Part shown: in pieces, positions 26,343-34,772 of the stretch
Layout: each line of letters opens with the position of its first letter
Position numbering within the stretch: position 1 is the stretch's first letter
DNA from: Euryarchaeota archaeon UBA4
GTDB lineage: Archaea > Thermoplasmatota > Poseidoniia > Poseidoniales > Thalassarchaeaceae
Assembly (NCBI GenBank): GCA_002497985.1
Contig: DAFQ01000001.1
Span: forward strand, 8,600 to 61,721
Length of the DNA: 53,122 nt
Reading direction: 5' to 3'
Translations under genes and position numbers: made by a program
Notes under the pieces: model-generated
The model's input: only the letters and a program-made list of their open reading frames with translations
What the model was told of the DNA's origin: nothing
Database searches by the model: none

Positions 26343-27680
26343 TCACAGAACCGACTCGTAAGGACTTCTGTCCTCTCCCGGATTAAGCGTAGCATCCATT
26401 CCTATCTTACTAGTCATTCCATCTTCTGATCTGCTCGGGTCCAAGCTAGAACCCTTCTGATTCGAGAGGATAATCGTATCACTATCGGGCTGCCACCTTG
26501 TCATCAGTGCCCATTCCACCCTCATCGGGTCAGCAATGTCAATGTCTTCGTCAACAACAATCACTTGCTTCATCGAAGGATGCCCTTCGAAAGCTGCTTG
26601 AATCGCCTTTTTACCGTCATTCGCATCTTCCGGCCTTATTTGAATTACCGAGGCAAGCCAACCACAACCCCCATCCGTCATGTGCACATCAGTACAGTTA
26701 ACAACTTCAGAAACAGCTGTTTTGATTGTCGGCGCCCTTGGCATCCCCATCAATGTCCTATGCTCCACTCCCGTTGGAATAATTGCATGGAATATCGGAT
26801 CCTTTCTGTGATGTACAGCATCATACGCGATAACGTGCTCCTGCCTTATGTCATCAACCGTACCGGTAATGTCGACGTATGGCCCCTCATCGTCTCTCTC
26901 TGGAGTTATCCTAGCCTGCATTGCATATTCGGCGTCTGCAGGCACAATTACACCGTTTGCCAACTTAACAACTCTTAGAGGACTCCCGTGCAACTTCTCA
27001 TGTAGTGCTGCTGCAACTGTCAACTCGTCCACATAATCGGTAAATGACATCGCAGCGGCCAATAGGACGGTGGGATCGGCACCATTCACTACTGCAATAG
27101 GAACATCATCACCATTCTCAGCCGCCATTGCGCTCAATGTTCTGAGATGCCTCGGAACGAGCCTGGCAACGGAATGCCCCCCGTCTCGTAGCAATTGTCT
27201 ATGGTATGAGACATTCCTCACCCCGTTATACTGCGCGATTATTATGGAGGCTGATTGATACCTCCCCCCATCCTCCCTGAAGTGCCAGGGAATTGGAAGC
27301 TTCTCCAGATCCACACTTTCCTGCCCCGATTCCATAACTTCGGCCTCTGAATGATCAACGATCAGTGGCTCGGAGGGATTTTCCATCGCCCAAGCGAGGA
27401 TATCTATGAGCTCACCGGGACCAACACTGAACATCTCGCATAGCCGCGAGCGTTCTAGGACATTTAGTGCGGCTCTGTGCCCCGGGGACTCAGCAATGCT
27501 GTCGAACACTAAAGGCACATTCCCCATCGAAACAGAGGAATCCAACATATCATGAATGACACTCACAGTATCGCTCACGCGATGGACACCACCGAGCATG
27601 TCGCGGAATGCCATGTAGCGGGGCGACGTCAGGTCGTGCTTCAATGTTAGTGAGACTATCTCACTCAGAGTGCCACTCAC
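26343..27680 (-). CDS. UbiD-family (prenylated-FMN dependent) decarboxylase
   Basis: At 445 aa it shows UbiD-like blocks (PLRVVKLANGVIVPADAEYAMQARI, GPYVDITG, HRTLMGMPRAPTI, MKQVIVVDEDIDIADPMRVEWAL). The substrate cannot be assigned; see the findings. Confidence 0.88.
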   Translation of the reverse strand: MSGTLSEIVSLTLKHDLTSPRYMAFRDMLGGVHRVSDTVSVIHDMLDSSVSMGNVPLVFDSIAESPGHRAALNVLERSRLCEMFSVGPGELIDILAWAMENPSEPLIVDHSEAEVMESGQESVDLEKLPIPWHFREDGGRYQSASIIIAQYNGVRNVSYHRQLLRDGGHSVARLVPRHLRTLSAMAAENGDDVPIAVVNGADPTVLLAAAMSFTDYVDELTVAAALHEKLHGSPLRVVKLANGVIVPADAEYAMQARITPERDDEGPYVDITGTVDDIRQEHVIAYDAVHHRKDPIFHAIIPTGVEHRTLMGMPRAPTIKTAVSEVVNCTDVHMTDGGCGWLASVIQIRPEDANDGKKAIQAAFEGHPSMKQVIVVDEDIDIADPMRVEWALMTRWQPDSDTIILSNQKGSSLDPSRSEDGMTSKIGMDATLNPGEDRSPYESVL

Positions 27681-27747
27681 CTACGGTGACCCCGTCACGC
27701 TCTTATACCCCATGAGGGTCGGCGAGGCGTCATTCTGAGGTGTCACT

Positions 27748-28188
27748 TTGGGTAGAGGACTATTCTCCGGCCAGAAGATGAAGACCGATAGGAAGAGATA
27801 CAGGTGGAAGGAACGCAAGTTTCGAGACCGCCAGCTGAAGCAACAGAGGGGAGGAACTCTCAAGCACGACCCCCTTCGAGGAAGCACACAGGCCAAGGGA
27901 ATAGTGATAGAAAAGGTCGGTTTTGAAGCGAAACAGCCCAATTCCGGGATTAGGAAGGCCGTCAAGATAAGCCTCATAAAGACAGGAAATCAACTTACCG
28001 CTTTCGCACCAGGTGATGGTGCGATATCTTTCATCGACGAACACGATGAAGTGCTCGTAGAGGGAATCGGAGGCAGCAAGGGCCGATCATATGGTGACCT
28101 GCCCGGTGTAAGATACAAGGTCATCAAGGTCAACGGCGTTTCCTTAGACGAAATGGTAAGGGGACGCAAGGAGAAGCCGATCAGGTAG
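27748..28188 (+). CDS. rps12: 30S ribosomal protein S12 (uS12)
   Basis: [15 protein letters not shown]...[18 protein letters not shown] is present. The TTG start is supported by the family-typical N-terminus (GLFSGQK...DRKRYRW) and by GAGGTG at 27737-27742, 5 nt upstream. Confidence 0.95.
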   Translation: MGRGLFSGQKMKTDRKRYRWKERKFRDRQLKQQRGGTLKHDPLRGSTQAKGIVIEKVGFEAKQPNSGIRKAVKISLIKTGNQLTAFAPGDGAISFIDEHDEVLVEGIGGSKGRSYGDLPGVRYKVIKVNGVSLDEMVRGRKEKPIR

Positions 28189-28193
28189 GTGAG

Positions 28194-28793
28194 ATGATGG
28201 CAGAAAACGCAGAATCTCCAATTGCTGGAATAGGAACCATGGTTTTTGGTAAGTGGGATGCAACCGAAGTTACATGCGCAGACCCCGGACTCGCTCCATA
28301 CATCAACCTGACAACCATCGGAACTCCTCACAGTGGTGGCAGACACGCTAACGCATGGTTCGGCAAGGCCAAACTATCAGTTGTTGAGAGATTCATCAAC
28401 AATCTGATGAGAACCGGGAAGTTCTCGGGGAAGAAACAGCACTGTGTCAAGGCGTTCGAGGCGGCACTCGACTCGATCAGTGAGAGATCGGGGAGCAACC
28501 CTTTGCAGTCATTTATTGACGCGATAGTTGAAGCCGCTCCCTGCGAGGAGATCACCAGAATCAAATTGGGTGCAGTTAGCACACCCAAGGCAGTCGACTC
28601 TTCACCCAGCCGACGCCTCGACATCGCACTCAGGAACCTTTCAGTCGGCTGTGCGGCCGCGACTGCTGGTAGCAAGAGGACTCTCACACAGGGTATTGTG
28701 AATGAAATTACTAAAGCGGCCGAGGGGGATGTCGGAGCATTCTCCATAGGCAAGAGAGAGGAAATCGAGAGAGTCGCAGCTTCGGCTAGATGA
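28194..28793 (+). CDS. rps7: 30S ribosomal protein S7 (uS7)
   Basis: It lies immediately after S12. FGKWDATEVTCADPGLAPYINL and the C-terminal KREEIERVAASAR are typical of archaeal S7. GGTGA lies just upstream of the tandem ATGs. Confidence 0.95.
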   Translation: MMAENAESPIAGIGTMVFGKWDATEVTCADPGLAPYINLTTIGTPHSGGRHANAWFGKAKLSVVERFINNLMRTGKFSGKKQHCVKAFEAALDSISERSGSNPLQSFIDAIVEAAPCEEITRIKLGAVSTPKAVDSSPSRRLDIALRNLSVGCAAATAGSKRTLTQGIVNEITKAAEGDVGAFSIGKREEIERVAASAR

Positions 28794-28849
28794 TTCCGTT
28801 AGAGCTGAAAATATGGCCACTGAGGCATATAATGTCGCCTCCGCAATCG

Positions 28850-28856
28850 TATTTAT
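28850..28856 (+). promoter_or_regulatory. TATA-like element (TATTTAT) and GAGG ribosome-binding site upstream of the EF-2 gene
   Basis: The 102-nt S7-EF2 spacer contains TATTTAT centred about 43 nt before ATG 28896. GAGG at 28885-28888 lies 7 nt before the ATG. This suggests an internal promoter. Confidence 0.3.
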
Positions 28857-28895
28857 GAACCAAAGTCAGGTCGCCGCATCAATTGAGGAATAGAG

Positions 28896-31103
28896 ATGGG
28901 TCGTAAGGAAGACAACATCAAGCGCGCTACAGAGATAATGCACGACCGAGAGCACATCAGAAACATCGCTATTGCTGCTCACATAGACCATGGTAAGACT
29001 ACTCTTTCCGACAACCTGATTGCAGGTGCCGGAATGATGTCAGAGGATCTCGCTGGCAAGTCACGAGTTCTGGATTTCGACGAGCAGGAGAGTGCCCGTG
29101 GTATTACGATTAATGCTGCAAGCGCTTCAATGGTGCACGGTGTAGATGGTAGGGATTACCTGATCAACCTGATTGATACACCAGGACACGTCGATTTCGG
29201 CGGTGACGTTACCAGAGCCATGCGCGCGGTCGATGGTTGCATCATCCTAGCCTGTGCAGTGGAAGGGACAATGCCACAGACTGAGACAGTAGTACGCCAG
29301 GCACTCAAGGAGAAAGTCCGCCCAGTCCTGTTCATCAACAAGGTGGATCGATTGATCAATGAGCTGCAGATTGATGGTCCGGAGATGATGGCCAGATTCG
29401 AGAAAATCATCACCAAGGTCAACAAATTGATCACTACCTATGCTCCAGAGGACCTGAAGAAAGAATGGCAGGTCTCCGTTCAGAAGGGTACCGTTGCCTT
29501 CGGCTCGGCTTACTACAATTGGGGGATGTCAATCCCTTACATGCAGAAGAGCGGCCTCAATTTCACTCAGATATTCGAGTTTTGCCACAATGACAACCAA
29601 AAGGAGCTTGCTAAACTTGCACCAGTTCACACCGTCCTCCTTGACATGACTGTCGAGAAGCACCCATCACCGGTTATTGCTCAGAGGTATAGGATTCCGA
29701 ATATATGGCAGGGAGATCTAGATTCAGGCGTAGGCAAGGCGATGATCGAATGTGATTCAGATGGCCCCCTCTCACTAATGATTACAAAGATATGGATGGA
29801 CCCCCATGCTGGTGAAGTAGCAGTTGGCAGGGTCTATTCAGGCAGTATCAAACATGGTGAGTCCGTATGGGCCATCGGTGCTGCTAAGGCTGAAAGGGTC
29901 CAGCAAGTCGGGATGATGGTTGGCGGTGACAGGATCGCTACCTCAGAAGTAACATCAGGCAATATTGCCGCAATAACAGGTATCCGCAGTGCTGCTGCGG
30001 GTGTAACAATCGCTAGGGAGAAGGACGCGGTACCATTCGAGGCAATTAGGCATATTTCAGAGCCCGTTGTCACGGTCGCAGTTGAACCAAAATCAATGAA
30101 GGACCTGCCTAAGTTCATCGATGCCCTCAGAGGACTTGCAAAAGCCGACGCATCTTTGGAAGTCTCGACAAACCAAGAGACTGGAGAGGCTCTTCTCGCT
30201 GGGATGGGCGAACTCCATTTGGAAATTACAGTATACAGACTCGAAGAGGAACAAGGCATCAAAGTCAAGGTAAGTGAGCCGATTGTAGTATACAGGGAAT
30301 CTGTACAGAGTACCAATACCGGAAGCCCGTTTGAAGGCAAGTCCCCAAATAGGCACAATCGATTCTATATTGAAATTGAGCCTCTACCAGATGTAGTCGT
30401 TGATAATCTGAGGGCCGGGGAATTCAGAGAAGGCGCAGTTAGGGCCAAGGACGCAAAGGAAATTGGAGACAAGTTCGCAGAGCTGGGAATGAATAAGGAT
30501 CTGATGAGGAAGATTTACGCAATTAATGGGACCAATGTCCTAGTCAATGATACAAAGGGAATACAGAACCTCCACGAAACTAGGGAGTTGATTATTGAGG
30601 GATTCAATGATGTGTGCAAGAAGGGGCCCGTTGCCGACGAGCCTCTGATGGGAGTCATGGTCAGGCTAGTTGACGCAAAGCTCCACGAGGATGCGATCCA
30701 CAGGGGTCCCGCACAGACAATTCCCGCAGTTAGGAATGCTGTGAAGGGAGCCTTCATGAGGTCAAGACCGGTGATATTTGAGCCAATCCAGAAAATTCAG
30801 ATAGACTCTCCTAACGATGTAATTGGGGGGGTCACCAGGGAGGTCTCAACTAGAAGGGGAATAATTGAGGACATGCCTGTAGAGGATGGCGTGACAAAGG
30901 TGATCGGCACAATCCCCGTTGCTGAGACATTCGGTTTCTCAAATGATATTCGTGCAGCAAGTCAAGGAAGGGCGATTTGGAATACGGAGAACGCGGGCTT
31001 CGTGCACCTACCTCCAAACCTATTCGAGAAGGTCACAGGTGAGATTAGGGAGAGGAAGGGACTCAACCCAGATATTCCCGGCGAAGCCCACTACCAAGAC
31101 TGA
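28896..31103 (+). CDS. fusA: translation elongation factor 2 (aEF-2)
   Basis: The G domain is present (IRNIAIAAHIDHGKTTLSD, DTPGHVDF, NKVDR). The diphthamide-site motif HEDAIHRGPAQ is also present. At 735 aa the length fits. Confidence 0.97.
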   Translation: MGRKEDNIKRATEIMHDREHIRNIAIAAHIDHGKTTLSDNLIAGAGMMSEDLAGKSRVLDFDEQESARGITINAASASMVHGVDGRDYLINLIDTPGHVDFGGDVTRAMRAVDGCIILACAVEGTMPQTETVVRQALKEKVRPVLFINKVDRLINELQIDGPEMMARFEKIITKVNKLITTYAPEDLKKEWQVSVQKGTVAFGSAYYNWGMSIPYMQKSGLNFTQIFEFCHNDNQKELAKLAPVHTVLLDMTVEKHPSPVIAQRYRIPNIWQGDLDSGVGKAMIECDSDGPLSLMITKIWMDPHAGEVAVGRVYSGSIKHGESVWAIGAAKAERVQQVGMMVGGDRIATSEVTSGNIAAITGIRSAAAGVTIAREKDAVPFEAIRHISEPVVTVAVEPKSMKDLPKFIDALRGLAKADASLEVSTNQETGEALLAGMGELHLEITVYRLEEEQGIKVKVSEPIVVYRESVQSTNTGSPFEGKSPNRHNRFYIEIEPLPDVVVDNLRAGEFREGAVRAKDAKEIGDKFAELGMNKDLMRKIYAINGTNVLVNDTKGIQNLHETRELIIEGFNDVCKKGPVADEPLMGVMVRLVDAKLHEDAIHRGPAQTIPAVRNAVKGAFMRSRPVIFEPIQKIQIDSPNDVIGGVTREVSTRRGIIEDMPVEDGVTKVIGTIPVAETFGFSNDIRAASQGRAIWNTENAGFVHLPPNLFEKVTGEIRERKGLNPDIPGEAHYQD

Positions 31104-32795
31104 TCAGTTGATCCTAATCAGCTGGAAATCAGTTAATTCCCTTAGGATGTCCAATGCAGGTCCATCCTCAATATTGTCAAGGCACTGGTGGGCTAAAGAG
31201 TGGTGATGCATCGCCCTTTCCTTTGCATAACCAATCGATCCACTGTCATGCAATTCCTTTACGGCATTCGAAAGAGTGTCTTCCGAACACTCCCCAGACC
31301 CATATGCTTCAGTGAATGCAGGCATGTCATCATCACAATTCAATGCGTGAATCGCTATGAGCGTCTTCTTTCCCTGAACAATGTCCGAACCCGCCGGTTT
31401 CCCAAGTGTTTCGGTGTCTCCAGTGATATCGATTAAATCGTCCATCAACTGGAAGCATAGGCCGAGATTTAGCCCCCAATTTTTCATATTGTCAACAACA
31501 CCGTCAGAAGCACCCGCTAAAATCGCTCCAGTTCCAGCACAGGTTTCGAACATTACACTAGTCTTACCTTTTATCATCTCAATGTATTCATCCTCGGATA
31601 CAGATTCCCTGGTCTCGAATGAGATGTCTTCCTGCTGGCCACTAGCAACATTCCTTACCATTTCTCCAATTGATCTGACTAGGAATGCAAGCTTATCTTG
31701 TTCAATATGTGGAGATTCAGCCAATATCTCAAATGCAACAGCAAGCATCGCATCTCCAGCGTTAATCGCAGTAGAATCATCATAAGCGACATGAACTGCG
31801 TCCAATCCCCTTCTAATGGGATCTTGATCCATTAAATCGTCATGTACTAGGGTGAAATTGTGGATAATTTCGATAGAGGCACCGAGTGTATAATGACCCT
31901 CATGAGCCGTTCCTACAGCCTCTCCAACTAACCTAGGCAGGGTCGCCCTGAGCCTTTTCCCACCTCCTGTGAAAAGGTGTTTCATCGCCCCATGAAGCCT
32001 TTCTTGCTTCATCTTACTGAGACTTCCCATAATGACACTCTCGACATACTCTCTGTGAGTGCCAATAGCCGTCATCAGTTTCTCCCCAGGAATAACCGCC
32101 TGACCACCCATGCTAACTTCCCCGAAATTCACGACGCCTTCCACTATGGGGGCCTTGTCGACATTAGGATAATGATCGGCAATGAACTCGCCCCACAATA
32201 GGCGGAACCATGGTGCGATAACCTCACCTTCCCAAATCCCAGAACCAGAAAACATCTCATCTATCTCATGCCCGGCGATCCACCTTACATCAGAAATCTC
32301 GTTTGGGTTCGGATTCACATCAATAGAATCTGTGATGCCCACAATTACATGATCAACTTCTCTTTCGACCCAATCCTCATCCCACCTACATTCATACAGA
32401 AATGATCCTAGGTGCCTGAATTCTATGTTTGAAATATCAATATCAGAAACTCCCAATTCTTGTGATAGCTTCCTTTTCGCGGCATTAATGGCGCCCTTCG
32501 AGGGATGCTCATTCTCACTGGGAATGTCCAGTGGGTGGCTGCAACAGGAATTAGCCCAAATCGAGGGGAAAGTAATCTTGTCATGGGACCTCTGCTGGAC
32601 TAGCATTTTTCCATCGCCATCGAACAGAAGTACGCTGAACGCACGATGCAACTTTCCTTCTGCATAATGACAGTTCAACTTAGAATCCGAGCCAATCCTT
32701 GAATCAGAGCTATCCACTAGAATGCACATTTCAGACATCATTTCGGCCTGTGAACTGTCTTGCCCACTTAGAGCCCCATCTTGACCCGTCATCAT
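31104..32795 (-). CDS. fusion protein: type-1 isopentenyl-diphosphate isomerase (N-terminal) plus (E)-polyprenyl/GGPP synthase (C-terminal)
   Basis: The N-terminal half carries LHRAFSVLLFDGDGKMLVQQRSHDKITFPSIWANSCCSHPL (IDI type 1, Nudix fold). The C-terminal half carries the first Asp-rich motif LVHDDLMDQDPIRRG and the second, FQLMDDLIDITGD. Both halves lie in one uninterrupted 563-codon ORF. Confidence 0.85.
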   Translation of the reverse strand: MMTGQDGALSGQDSSQAEMMSEMCILVDSSDSRIGSDSKLNCHYAEGKLHRAFSVLLFDGDGKMLVQQRSHDKITFPSIWANSCCSHPLDIPSENEHPSKGAINAAKRKLSQELGVSDIDISNIEFRHLGSFLYECRWDEDWVEREVDHVIVGITDSIDVNPNPNEISDVRWIAGHEIDEMFSGSGIWEGEVIAPWFRLLWGEFIADHYPNVDKAPIVEGVVNFGEVSMGGQAVIPGEKLMTAIGTHREYVESVIMGSLSKMKQERLHGAMKHLFTGGGKRLRATLPRLVGEAVGTAHEGHYTLGASIEIIHNFTLVHDDLMDQDPIRRGLDAVHVAYDDSTAINAGDAMLAVAFEILAESPHIEQDKLAFLVRSIGEMVRNVASGQQEDISFETRESVSEDEYIEMIKGKTSVMFETCAGTGAILAGASDGVVDNMKNWGLNLGLCFQLMDDLIDITGDTETLGKPAGSDIVQGKKTLIAIHALNCDDDMPAFTEAYGSGECSEDTLSNAVKELHDSGSIGYAKERAMHHHSLAHQCLDNIEDGPALDILRELTDFQLIRIN

Positions 32796-32834
32796 TACTC
32801 CGAGGAATCGGCACCATATAATCGAAATCCAGTA

Positions 32835-33632
32835 TTATGGCAATATCCTCGTACCTACGGGCAATACATCGTCAACTACCAGCTCAATCACCCTGCTCGG
32901 CTCCCTGCCATCGATGAACCATACATTTGGCACGTGTACGGCAATTTGAGCTGCCCTCACCGATTTCAGCTCAATTCCCCCTGTGACATCCTCAATTGTA
33001 TTGTGGGATGTTTCAGTTGCTACTCCAGGCGACCAAACTTCTAGTAAATTGGCCCCCTCTTTACTCGGGGGCCTATCTAGCATCCCCGGTGAATCTCCTA
33101 GGAGGAAAATTGAATGTGTTACATTTGGAATCTCGATCGAGAGCCTGGCCATCAAATCATCACCTGAGAGTATGCCAAACTCCGATGAGTCTCCAGTATT
33201 GACTACATCACCGAATGTCACCATCACAACCTCCTGGGGCGAGTTGCTGAATGGTTCTAAATCGCCCTTGAATCCAGAGCCGGTACCAATAGCCCATTTA
33301 GATGGGGCCAGTGAGGCACACTCAACGCCAATGCCATTCAGGCTATTTGTAACGTGGCTGTTCAATTCAGCCATGTCTTCACGTACCTGCTCCACAGCTT
33401 CCCTTTGCCCCTCTGCAATATCGGAATCTAGACCTCCAGAAAGATCCCATTTCTTAGCAGTCAGATGTCCGAATGAACCAGCCCCATGAACTAGGACTAC
33501 TCTATGCCCATGACCGACTAATTCTGAGGCCATTGCAGCCAATGAATCAATCACGTCAAGCTTAACGGATTTATGACTGGATTTGTCTGTGATAAGTCCC
33601 CCGCCCATTTTGATTACTACGGTACTGAGCAT
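32835..33632 (-). CDS. isopentenyl phosphate kinase (amino-acid-kinase fold)
   Basis: VVIKMGGGLITDK and VLVHGAGSFGH are the IPK/AAK signatures. ATG 33632 (MLSTVVIKMGGG) is preferred over the track start at 33701. Confidence 0.82.
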   Translation of the reverse strand: MLSTVVIKMGGGLITDKSSHKSVKLDVIDSLAAMASELVGHGHRVVLVHGAGSFGHLTAKKWDLSGGLDSDIAEGQREAVEQVREDMAELNSHVTNSLNGIGVECASLAPSKWAIGTGSGFKGDLEPFSNSPQEVVMVTFGDVVNTGDSSEFGILSGDDLMARLSIEIPNVTHSIFLLGDSPGMLDRPPSKEGANLLEVWSPGVATETSHNTIEDVTGGIELKSVRAAQIAVHVPNVWFIDGREPSRVIELVVDDVLPVGTRILP

Positions 33633-33704
33633 AATATCCAGTGCTCCGAAGCGGACTAGTGATTTGGGTTCTCCTACTGACTCATTGCACATAGGGTTCA
33701 TTTC

Positions 33705-34055
33705 ATGGGGTCATTTCGGACGTTCATGTCCGACACTGGCGAAATGGAGAATTTTCAAAGATGGCTCCAGACTCAACTGTCTCTGACCACTTCCATTGAT
33801 GACCCAAGTGAGAGGGAACGTAGAAGATTGCAGATTGAATCTGCTATACGTGAGGCTATCTCCTTTAGGGAATCTCTGGAATTGTTGGCAGATTTACAAG
33901 TATCGCCCCCGTTTGTCAATGCGGAATCATCGGTAAGAAAAATTTCAGAGCCCATTATATCTGATACAGAGAACAATAGCTCAAGATGCCCTAAGTGCGA
34001 CTCTGAAGTAGAGCATGAGCTAGGTTTCTGCACCATGTGCGGGGAGAAGAGTTAG
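33705..34055 (+). CDS. small hypothetical protein with a C-terminal zinc ribbon
   Basis: The ORF is 116 codons and ends in CPKCDSEVEHELGFCTMCGEKS (CxxC...CxxC). It is divergent from the IPK gene. I recognised no family. Confidence 0.4.
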   Translation: MGSFRTFMSDTGEMENFQRWLQTQLSLTTSIDDPSERERRRLQIESAIREAISFRESLELLADLQVSPPFVNAESSVRKISEPIISDTENNSSRCPKCDSEVEHELGFCTMCGEKS

Positions 34056-34742
34056 CTACTCTTCTTCCCACCTAGCTCTTGCCGCCTCAAACTCAGGGTC
34101 ATCATCCGGAAGGATACTCAGGAAGCCCCCCGAAACTGCATCGGTTAGGTATACTGTAACCCCTGCGTGCCAGATAGTATCTCCGGAGGCCACCATCCTA
34201 GCTGTATCGACTTCCAGAAGTGTCGGCCTCGCATGATGGACATGACCTGCCTCCGCCGCTGCTCTGATTGTAGCTGAAAGATGAACATGCGATCTCCCGC
34301 TCGGTGATATTCCTACTTCGATCAGGTTTTCTGCTTCATCAGGTGAGCATGGGAAGTACAGAAGGGGAGGGATGTTTTCAGTCGGTAGGTCCAACTCAAT
34401 TTCGAGGCTATGTCCATATGTCGCCCTCATCATGTTCCCCCTAACTTCGTATCTGCCCTTAGGATCAGTCTCAGAAATGGCTCTGAAATGATGGGGTCTC
34501 AGCCAGTGAAACCTCCTCTCGTTCGACTTCTTAAATTGGAAAACTATGTCCTTAACATCAATCCAACCATTGATGTCCATCTCTAGATCGAACTTCTCTG
34601 GTGCGTGTCTAAGGACTAATGCCAGCCTTCTTGCTATCGTATCTCTTTCATTCCCCCTCATAATGAACTTGCCCTCTGAATTGCATGCAGGACATAGGTC
34701 GTCATCAGAGAAATATCCGTGTGTGTTGCACTCTCTAATCAT
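34056..34742 (-). CDS. kptA: RNA 2'-phosphotransferase Tpt1/KptA
   Basis: LALVLRHAPEKFDL, MRATYGHS and RSHVHLS match the Tpt1 R-H-R-R catalytic motifs. It also has a short N-terminal zinc-knuckle (CNTHGYFSDDDLCPACN), which I recall from some archaeal KptA proteins. Confidence 0.85.
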   Translation of the reverse strand: MIRECNTHGYFSDDDLCPACNSEGKFIMRGNERDTIARRLALVLRHAPEKFDLEMDINGWIDVKDIVFQFKKSNERRFHWLRPHHFRAISETDPKGRYEVRGNMMRATYGHSLEIELDLPTENIPPLLYFPCSPDEAENLIEVGISPSGRSHVHLSATIRAAAEAGHVHHARPTLLEVDTARMVASGDTIWHAGVTVYLTDAVSGGFLSILPDDDPEFEAARARWEEE

Positions 34743-34772
34743 TGTATCAGTCTATCGAGAAGCAGTTATTTC

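Noticed and set aside
28789-28835. ATGA...CTGA...CTGA strings in the S7-EF2 spacer that superficially resemble C/D-box sRNA elements.
   Set aside because: There is no proper RUGAUGA C box, no C'/D' symmetry and no terminal stem. The ATGA includes the S7 stop codon. It is more likely promoter/5'-UTR sequence.
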